Of a DNA stretch of 64,000 nt, positions 57,108 to 64,000 are shown piece after piece. This DNA is from Patescibacteria group bacterium (GTDB taxonomy: Bacteria; Patescibacteriota; Patescibacteriia; UBA10025; JAHIVO01): the NCBI GenBank assembly GCA_041649335.1, contig JBAZNF010000001.1:21285-85284 (forward strand), read 5' to 3'. The translations under genes were made by a program, and so were the position numbers. Numbering within the stretch: position 1 is the first letter of the stretch; every line of letters starts with the position of its first letter. The notes under the pieces are model-generated. The model had not been told where the DNA came from and ran no database searches. It saw nothing but the letters and a program-made list of their open reading frames with translations.

Positions 57108-57653
57108 ATGAAAATACAGAATGCGCGGTTATTGTTTATTTTTATTTCGGTCATTACTGGACTGAGCGTGGCCATGCGGTTCCTGCCCCATTCGTATAAT
57201 TTTGTCCCTGTCGGCGCCCTGGCTCTTTTTTCCGGAACCTATATCCGGTCGAAGTGGGGGGTTCTCATGCCAGTAGCGGCCATGGCCGTAACGGATGTGT
57301 TCATCGGCTGGCATAACATAGTGTTGTTTACGTGGGGAAGTTACGCCGTAATAGGGATGATCGGCTGGTGGGTACGCCAAAAGCCGAACGTACTGAAAAT
57401 TGCCGCCGGGACCGTGTCCGGCTCAGTAATTTTTTATCTGCTGACGAATTTCGCCGTATGGGCCTGGACGCCATTGTACCAGAAAACATGGGCTGGTCTG
57501 ATCCAAAGTTATGTGATGGCTGTCCCGTTCTACCGCAATACTTTTTTCGGCGACCTGTTCTATGTCGCGGTATTTTTCGGCGTTTACCAGGCGGCTGTTT
57601 ACCTGGTTGCTAAGCGCGCGGAATCCAGGAAGCCGTTTGCGCATATAAGCTAG
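57108..57653 (+). CDS. DUF6580-type putative transporter (ECF S-component-like)
   Basis: RFLPH.YNFVPVGALALFSG, TD..IG, FYLLTNFAVW and PFYRNT..GDLFY; about 6 TM helices. Confidence 0.75.
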   Translation: MKIQNARLLFIFISVITGLSVAMRFLPHSYNFVPVGALALFSGTYIRSKWGVLMPVAAMAVTDVFIGWHNIVLFTWGSYAVIGMIGWWVRQKPNVLKIAAGTVSGSVIFYLLTNFAVWAWTPLYQKTWAGLIQSYVMAVPFYRNTFFGDLFYVAVFFGVYQAAVYLVAKRAESRKPFAHIS

Positions 57654-57669
57654 CCAAACGAGTAATATA

Positions 57670-57702
57670 AAAAATACCGGTTTCAATAACGGTATTTTTT
57701 TT
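57670..57702 (+). terminator. Intrinsic terminator ending the nrdR operon
   Basis: AAAAATACCG...CGGTATTTTTTTT. Confidence 0.7.
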
Positions 57703-57754
57703 ACCCTTTATTTATTGTGCCATTGGGGTATACTGGAGATAGTAGGAAAATCTT

Positions 57755-58675
57755 ATGGCCAATTATCAGCACTATCAGCGTTATCGGCCGCAGGGGGGAC
57801 GGTCACGGTTCAACTGGACCCGAATAGCACTTATTGTCGGCATCCTTTTTGTTGTGTTCCTGATCGGCCGGGCGATATTCAGTAAGCAGCCGACCCCGAC
57901 CTTGACGCTACCTGGCGACAATTCAGCGGTGGCCGAGTCGGGCGTCGACACAAACATCAATTCAATGCTGACCAACGCTGACGCAAATACAAATGTTGAA
58001 GAAAATGCCAATGCCAACAACAATGCCAATGTTAATGTGGCCTCTTCTTCCAGCAGCTTCAGTGTCGCAGACTGTACCAAGGTCATTTCGCGCGCCTCGA
58101 CTGACCAGAAACAGATTGCCCTGACTTTCAATGTCGGCACCGTCAAGGAAGGAGAAATCGACCGGCTGTTGGCGGCTCTCAAGGCCGGTGCCGTGCCGGC
58201 GGATTTTTTTGTCCGCGGCGACGTGGCCGAAACGAACGCGGTCATGGTTAAAAAAGTCAGCGACGCGGGGTTTTCGGTGTACAACCTGAGTTACAGCTAT
58301 CCGCATTTTAATGATTTGCCCGCACCCAGCGTGGCGGAGCAGCTGACAAAAGCGGACCAGGCAATCGGCCAAGTGACCGGTACGTCAACCAAACCATTTT
58401 TCCGTCCGCCGTATGGGGAAGCGGACGCGGACGTCCTGGCTGCGGTAACGGAGGCCGGATATTGTCCGGTAACGTGGACGGTTGACGCGCTGGATTGGTC
58501 ATCGGACTATACGGCGGAGCAATCAAAAGACCGGGTCCTGCAAAGTGCCGTGCCGGGAGGTATCGTCCTCATGCAGGCCAGCAATGCCACAACTGCCGAC
58601 ATTATATCCGACGTCATTACACAGTTGAAAAATTCCGGTTTTACGATTGTAAATTTAGAGACGTTACTCACCTAG
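57755..58675 (+). CDS. Membrane-anchored polysaccharide deacetylase (NodB-like), atypical motifs
   Basis: IALTF, FFRPPYG, WTVDALDW and PGGIVLM; the usual TFDD, HxxxH and LMH appear as TFNV, LSYSY and LMQ. Confidence 0.8.
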   Translation: MANYQHYQRYRPQGGRSRFNWTRIALIVGILFVVFLIGRAIFSKQPTPTLTLPGDNSAVAESGVDTNINSMLTNADANTNVEENANANNNANVNVASSSSSFSVADCTKVISRASTDQKQIALTFNVGTVKEGEIDRLLAALKAGAVPADFFVRGDVAETNAVMVKKVSDAGFSVYNLSYSYPHFNDLPAPSVAEQLTKADQAIGQVTGTSTKPFFRPPYGEADADVLAAVTEAGYCPVTWTVDALDWSSDYTAEQSKDRVLQSAVPGGIVLMQASNATTADIISDVITQLKNSGFTIVNLETLLT

Positions 58676-58677
58676 CT

Positions 58678-58890
58678 ATGCCTGATGAGGAGATTAAACA
58701 GCTTTTGCTGAAAAATATCGAGCTGTCGGAGAAGATATGGTTGTCGCTTGAACGGCAGAGAAAAATCCGTCTCTGGACCCTGATTATCGGCATTGCCGTA
58801 ATTGTCCTGCCGCTGATCGTGGCTGCGATTTCGTTTCCCTGGATGATGCGGACGATCCAGGATTATTACGGCGCCACTTTGAATATTTAG
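58678..58890 (+). CDS. Small membrane hypothetical protein
   Basis: Coiled N-terminus (EIKQLLLKNIELSEKI) plus one TM helix; tightly packed between neighbours. Confidence 0.65.
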   Translation: MPDEEIKQLLLKNIELSEKIWLSLERQRKIRLWTLIIGIAVIVLPLIVAAISFPWMMRTIQDYYGATLNI

Positions 58891-58893
58891 CCT

Positions 58894-59235
58894 ATGGCCA
58901 AGCGTGTCATTATCATCATAATTATCGTCGGCGCCGGATGCGTGCTGATTGCCTTATTGTCTCCGCACCTTACTATAAATCCAAAAAATACCCCCACGGC
59001 CAATCCTCAGCCAAATCTTGTTGTCGCTGAATGCGACCGGGACAGTGATTGCCTGGTCAGTGGTTGTTCCGGTACGTTGTGCGTACCGCGTGACCGGGCA
59101 TCGCAGCAGTATTCGACCTGCGAATGGCAGCCAGAGTACGCCTGTTATGCCGATGACAGCTGCCTATGCCGTGCCGGACAGTGCCGATGGGCGGAGACGG
59201 AAGCCTATGCTTCCTGCATCAGACAGCTGAAATAA
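58894..59235 (+). CDS. Eight-cysteine-cluster domain protein
   Basis: N-terminal anchor; CDRDSDC..GCSG.LC...STCEW.PEYACY...CLC..GQCRW. Confidence 0.75.
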   Translation: MAKRVIIIIIIVGAGCVLIALLSPHLTINPKNTPTANPQPNLVVAECDRDSDCLVSGCSGTLCVPRDRASQQYSTCEWQPEYACYADDSCLCRAGQCRWAETEAYASCIRQLK

Positions 59236-59368
59236 ATACCCGGCCGCGTGTGTAGTATGTAGTGAGGCCTACCTTGACATTTCAGGGGTAATGGTTGATA
59301 CTATCCACGAAAATATCTTTATTATTTATATATTAATAAATATTAATTTAAGAACATTTATAAAGAGT

Positions 59369-60706
59369 ATGGACGCTAAAGATTCAACTCGCCAACCGAA
59401 CCCACAAAATAGCCGGACTACCCAGAAATCTATCCTGAACATCCCAGCTCAATCGACCCGACGGTCGAGTTCTACCGTCACTTTCAGGCAGCTCCGGATG
59501 GTGGCGATCAGCATGCTCGTAGTCAGTTTGGTGGTGAGCTCGGCGGCCGGACTGCTCTTCGGTACCTGGGCCAGTACCAACCAGCGCGTATCCACCTGGA
59601 TCCAAAAAAATATTTTCAGCCGGAACGCAACTGCCGTTTCGTTAACCAGCGCGGTTACGGCTTCCCAGCAGACCGTTTCGGTGACTGAGGACTCGGCAAC
59701 CGTTGACGTGGTCAAGGACGCCAGTCCGGCGGTCGTCAGCATCGTTATCACCCAGGACTTAAGCAAACTGTATTCTAGCAACAACGGTTTTCCTTTCGGG
59801 TTTTTTTACGATTCCAGCCAGCTTCCCCAGGGACAGCAGGAAGTGGGAGCCGGCTCAGGATTCATCATTTCCGCTGACGGCCTCATTTTAACCAATAAAC
59901 ATGTCGTATCCACGGCTGAAGCTGATTATACGGTGGTGTTGAGCGACGGGACAAAATACAAGGCGACCGTGGTGGCGACTGATCCGCTGAATGACATTGC
60001 CTTGGTAAAAATTGACGCCACTAATTTACCGACACTGACACTCGGCGATTCGAACAGCCTGCAGATCGGTCAAACGGTTATTGCCATCGGCAATACTCTC
60101 GGGCAATACCAAAATACGGTTACGCGCGGGATTATTTCCGGACTCTCGCGGACAGTCACTGCCGGGGATAATACGGGATCATCCGAGACGTTGCAGAACA
60201 TCATCCAGACTGATGCAGCCATCAATTCCGGTAATTCTGGCGGTCCGCTACTGGATATAACCGGGCAGGTTATCGGCATGAATACAGCGGTCAATGCTTC
60301 CGGACAGTCGGTCGGTTTTGCCATCCCGATCAACCAGGTGAAAAAGGACATTCAGAGCGTGCAAACGAGCGGCAAGATCGTCACTCCGTATCTTGGCATC
60401 CGGTATGTGCTGATCAACAGCGATATCGCCCAGCAAAACACCCTTTCAGTTGATTATGGCGCCTGGGTGACGAGCGGCAACCAGTCGATTTCCCCAGTCG
60501 TGGCCGGGAGCCCGGCGGAAAAGGCGGGGATTATCGCCGATGACATCATTTTGGAAATCGACGGCCAGCGCGTCGACAGTTCCCATAACTTATCGGACCA
60601 GATCCAGCAGCACAATGTCGATGATTCAATCTCGCTGAAAATACTTCGCAATGGCAAGGAGATCACTATTTCTGCCAAGCTGGCCGAGGCGCCGACCCAG
60701 TCATAA
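59369..60706 (+). CDS. HtrA/DegP-family serine protease with PDZ domain
   Basis: GSGFII, TNKHVV, TDAAINSGNSGGPL and GSPAEKAG. Confidence 0.93.
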   Translation: MDAKDSTRQPNPQNSRTTQKSILNIPAQSTRRSSSTVTFRQLRMVAISMLVVSLVVSSAAGLLFGTWASTNQRVSTWIQKNIFSRNATAVSLTSAVTASQQTVSVTEDSATVDVVKDASPAVVSIVITQDLSKLYSSNNGFPFGFFYDSSQLPQGQQEVGAGSGFIISADGLILTNKHVVSTAEADYTVVLSDGTKYKATVVATDPLNDIALVKIDATNLPTLTLGDSNSLQIGQTVIAIGNTLGQYQNTVTRGIISGLSRTVTAGDNTGSSETLQNIIQTDAAINSGNSGGPLLDITGQVIGMNTAVNASGQSVGFAIPINQVKKDIQSVQTSGKIVTPYLGIRYVLINSDIAQQNTLSVDYGAWVTSGNQSISPVVAGSPAEKAGIIADDIILEIDGQRVDSSHNLSDQIQQHNVDDSISLKILRNGKEITISAKLAEAPTQS

Positions 60707-60727
60707 ATAATTTTTTACTAAAAAAAT

Positions 60728-61204
60728 ATGCCACCAGAGACAAGAACGGAGGATGTCGAAACAAATCCAGAACTACAATCCAAGGAGGCAGTAGACAGCC
60801 ATAGCGGGCAGGAAGTACGGCCGGAACACATCCTGGCGGACCGCAAACTAATCGAGACGCGGCGCCATGATTTTGAAATTCTGTACAAGTACATGAAGAT
60901 GTATCAGGACGAGGGTTGGACGCTAATGAAGATTGAATCTGCAAGCCCGCAATTGAGTGAAACGCTCGGCGTGTTTAAAGACGTGCTGAAAGCGGCCGGT
61001 AGGTATGACGTGGATGGGTTGCTTGAGGGTTTACTTACCGAGGTGAGGCGCTGTCATGAGGAAAAAAAAGATAAGCATGATTTTATCGAAGATATTTTTG
61101 ATCATACGAAAATGTCCGGCGGCCCCGTGCAGAATTTTTATGAAGCCTTTGTGGCCGGCCTGAAAGCGCAGCAAGAATCCAGATCTAATAAACTGGCAGC
61201 ATAG
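60728..61204 (+). CDS. Hypothetical protein
   Basis: 158-aa ORF with ATG start between htrA and a terminator; no recognisable motif. Confidence 0.65.
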   Translation: MPPETRTEDVETNPELQSKEAVDSHSGQEVRPEHILADRKLIETRRHDFEILYKYMKMYQDEGWTLMKIESASPQLSETLGVFKDVLKAAGRYDVDGLLEGLLTEVRRCHEEKKDKHDFIEDIFDHTKMSGGPVQNFYEAFVAGLKAQQESRSNKLAA

Positions 61205-61211
61205 GTTTTTT

Positions 61212-61248
61212 AAAAAAATCCTCCGGTTGGGATAACCGGAGGTTGTTT
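61212..61248. terminator. Bidirectional terminator
   Basis: CCTCCGGTT-gggat-AACCGGAGG with flanking A/T tracts. Confidence 0.65.
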
Positions 61249-61263
61249 GGGGTATGTAGATGA

Positions 61264-62661
61264 TCATACCCAGCGCGAATAGTACGTGACTTCCCAGGGG
61301 AAGACTTTTGTCCGGATAGGCGCGTTTTTTTTGCCTACGCCGGCGACATAATCCCTCCATTCCGCTTCTTTCGAGTCGCATATTTTGCCGTGGAGATGGT
61401 CGCCCAAGATGGTACGCATGAGTCCACTGTCTCGGAATTCAGCGAGCGCTTCATTGAAACTGCCCGGCAGGGACGCGATCCCTCGTTTTTTCAGCTGTGT
61501 CTTGCTGAGGCGGAATACGTCATCCTCCACCGGATTGGGCAGTGACTTTAGGTCTTCCCGGATACCCTGCAACCCCATGCCGATAATGACTGCGAAAGCC
61601 AGGGGGATGTTGCAGGCCGGGTCAGGGCAACGGACCTCGATACGCGTAGCGCGTTCCTTGCCCATCTGGTACTGGGGGACGCGGATCAGGGCGGACCGGT
61701 TCCGGCGGCCCCAACAGAGATAGACTGGCGCTTCGTAGCCCGGGACCAGCCGTTTGAAACTATTTACCCATTGGCAGAGGATGATCATGCCGGCCGGCAG
61801 GTACTTGAATACGCCGGCCATGAATTGGCGGGCCGTAGCCGAGAGGTGGTATTCCGTGTCCTGTTCGTCAAAGAACGTGTTATGCCCGTCCGTAAACAAC
61901 GAGGTGTGTATGTGCATGCCGGAACCATTAACTCCGGCGAGGGGTTTGGGCATGAACGACGCTGAAACGCCGAGCTGGGCGGCGACTTCCTTGACCACGG
62001 TCCGGTATAGCATGGCGTTATGGGCCATCGACAGCGCGTCCTGGTAGTGGAGGTCGATTTCATTCTGTGAATCAGCCACCTCGCCATGGTCTACTTCGAT
62101 GGATATGCCCAGTTGGCGGAACGCTTCCACGGCTCGCATCCGTACAGTAGCGCCGAGGTGGGCCACTCCTTCGTCAAAATAGCCGCCCCGATGGACAAGA
62201 ACGGGTTTCCCGGTCTGCGGGGAGCCGTTTTTGAACAGGAAGAATTCCAGTTCTGGCCCGACGTTGACTGTTGAGTAACCCAGGCATGCCGCGGCGGCTA
62301 CCTGTTTTTCCAGGACCCAGAGCGGATCACCGGCAAAGCGGCGGCCGTCGGGAGTGTAAATCTGACACAGCATGTTGCCGATGGCTTGCCCGTCCACCAG
62401 GTAGGGAAGCTTGCGGAACGTCCGGGGGATCGGCCGCGCCACGAGGTCGCTTTCCTGGATTCTGAGTAGCCCTTCAATTGATGAGCCGTCAAACCCGCTC
62501 CCGTCCTGGAAGACATTCCAGATCGTGTCACGGCTGATGTTTGACCCTTTGATCCGTCCGAGCGGATCAGGGAACCAGAGTCTGATGTACCGGATGTCCT
62601 GGCCGAACAGCTGTTCGATGACAGACTGGACGTCACGGTCTGTAAATGCTGAGTTGTCCAT
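61264..62661 (-). CDS. glnA: Glutamine synthetase type I
   Basis: FDGSSI, GPELEFF, FMPKP, NGSGMH, KRLVPGYEAP, NRSALIRVP and RIEVRCPDP. Confidence 0.92.
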   Translation of the reverse strand: MDNSAFTDRDVQSVIEQLFGQDIRYIRLWFPDPLGRIKGSNISRDTIWNVFQDGSGFDGSSIEGLLRIQESDLVARPIPRTFRKLPYLVDGQAIGNMLCQIYTPDGRRFAGDPLWVLEKQVAAAACLGYSTVNVGPELEFFLFKNGSPQTGKPVLVHRGGYFDEGVAHLGATVRMRAVEAFRQLGISIEVDHGEVADSQNEIDLHYQDALSMAHNAMLYRTVVKEVAAQLGVSASFMPKPLAGVNGSGMHIHTSLFTDGHNTFFDEQDTEYHLSATARQFMAGVFKYLPAGMIILCQWVNSFKRLVPGYEAPVYLCWGRRNRSALIRVPQYQMGKERATRIEVRCPDPACNIPLAFAVIIGMGLQGIREDLKSLPNPVEDDVFRLSKTQLKKRGIASLPGSFNEALAEFRDSGLMRTILGDHLHGKICDSKEAEWRDYVAGVGKKNAPIRTKVFPWEVTYYSRWV

Positions 62662-62979
62662 GTGATTCTCCTTTGATTACAGAGTTTTGCGGTATGTCAG
62701 TTGCGTTGCAGTATATTCATTGGTAAGGAACGGTTTCCCTCCTGATAAATGTAAAAACTCCCCGGGGATGTTCTTCATTTTTTGCCTGAGATTCCGGTAA
62801 AAATGAAAAAACTCCTTTTTGAGAGAGTTTTTTTTATTCTACTTTTTAATTGTAGCTTGATTTAACTATATCAGGTCAACAGAGGCGGTCAAGCCGTCGC
62901 TTTTATTGGGTATTGAAGGTTATCCACAGCGTGGCCCTGTTTCTTGCCACCGACTGATACATCCGCTACAATTCATAGC

Positions 62980-64000
62980 ATGAAAGAAATTATAGACAAG
63001 TTAGTGGATTTACGGGAGAAAATCGCCAGAACCTGGCGAATTTTGAAATTAGATCAAGTTCGGGAAACGATAAAGCTCTTAGAATTGGACATGTCCAAGC
63101 CCGATTTTTGGCAAGACCCGGATTCAGCGAAAGTGAAAGCGCGGGACCACGATGAACTGAAAAAAGAACTGAACCGGTGGACCGGCATCGCTCGGGAGGT
63201 TGATGATACGCTGGAGCTTGCGTCTGCTTCTGACCATGAAGGTGACCAATCCATGAAGGCGGATATTATGGCGCGTTTTAACGAGTTGCATGACCAATTC
63301 CAATCGCTGGAATTTTATATCATGCTGTCCGGTAAGTATGACTCATATGATGCCATTGTGGCTATCCATGCCGGTACCGGAGGGGTGGACGCCCAGGATT
63401 GGGCATCAATGCTGCTTCGGATGTACATACGCTTTTGTGAACGGCAGGGGTGGACGGTAAAAACCATCGACAAGTCCATGGGCAATGAAGCGGGAATAAA
63501 AAGCGTTACCCTCGAGGTGGCAGGGCGGTATGCGTATGGGTATCTGAAAGCTGAGGCTGGCGTGCACCGCCTGGTTCGTATTTCACCATATGATGCGGAA
63601 AAGATGCGCCACACCTCCTTTGCTTTAGTGGAGGTTTTGCCGGTCCTGGAAGAGGTCAGTGAAGTGAAAATTGACGATAAGGAATTACGCATTGAAACCT
63701 CAACATCGTCCGGCCACGGCGGCCAGTCGGTGAATACGACTTACTCAGCGATCCGGATCGTACATATTCCGACCGGCATCACCGTTTCCTGCCAAAATGA
63801 ACGTTCGCAGCAGCAAAATAAGGAAACGGCCATGAAAATTTTACGGGCAAAGCTTCACGCCCGGTTCCTTGAGGAACAACAGAAAGAAAAACGGGAGCTA
63901 CGAGGCGCCTACCAGGAGGCTGCCTGGGGCAACCAGGTCCGCTCGTACGTTCTTCAGCCGTATAAAATGGTCAAAGACCACCGGACAAAACATGAGGTGC
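62980..64000 (+). CDS. prfB: Peptide chain release factor 2 (runs off the window end)
   Basis: Hand-translated single open frame from ATG 62980: DAQDWA, GVHRLVRISPYD, RHTSF, GHGGQSVN, WGNQVRSY. Confidence 0.95.
   Translation, partial: MKEIIDKLVDLREKIARTWRILKLDQVRETIKLLELDMSKPDFWQDPDSAKVKARDHDELKKELNRWTGIAREVDDTLELASASDHEGDQSMKADIMARFNELHDQFQSLEFYIMLSGKYDSYDAIVAIHAGTGGVDAQDWASMLLRMYIRFCERQGWTVKTIDKSMGNEAGIKSVTLEVAGRYAYGYLKAEAGVHRLVRISPYDAEKMRHTSFALVEVLPVLEEVSEVKIDDKELRIETSTSSGHGGQSVNTTYSAIRIVHIPTGITVSCQNERSQQQNKETAMKILRAKLHARFLEEQQKEKRELRGAYQEAAWGNQVRSYVLQPYKMVKDHRTKHEV

Overview
A 64-kb, mostly chromosomal-core window from a Candidate Phyla Radiation (Patescibacteria, probably Parcubacteria/ABY1-like) bacterium using genetic code 11. 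The taxonomy is inferred from the VirB2-like pilin-anchored giant protein, the AMP phosphorylase, Asn-rich membrane stalks, a degenerate PilT and mostly Shine-Dalgarno-less starts. Gene order: small orphan genes; AMP phosphorylase and ferredoxin; a Fur-family regulator with an extra Cys-rich tail and an operator, heading sufCBDSU-sod-ferritin-ferredoxin-dsbA-dsbA-lgt; three tRNAs; parAB; topA-dprA; mfd; pilM, pilT-like, pth, der and LCP; GT2; tRNA-Val; two lepB; hisS, HIT, rpsU and yqeY; a 3167-aa surface protein with three accessory secreted proteins; ybeY-dgkA; ftsAZ; nrdR-nrdJ-cobO-DUF4430-DUF6580; deacetylase, HtrA, glnA; and a prfB that lacks the programmed frameshift and runs off the window end. 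I saw no CRISPR array, transposase or prophage. Best candidates for novelty: (1) an NrdR-controlled cobalamin capture/adenosylation/ribonucleotide-reduction operon; (2) a Fur protein with a putative [4Fe-4S] tail controlling Suf; (3) a promoter-driven, highly structured orphan RNA between mfd and pilM; (4) the modular giant pilin-anchored adhesin locus; (5) selective use of SD and boxA-like signals at rpsU and orphan genes. All family calls come from visual motif recognition, not database searches.
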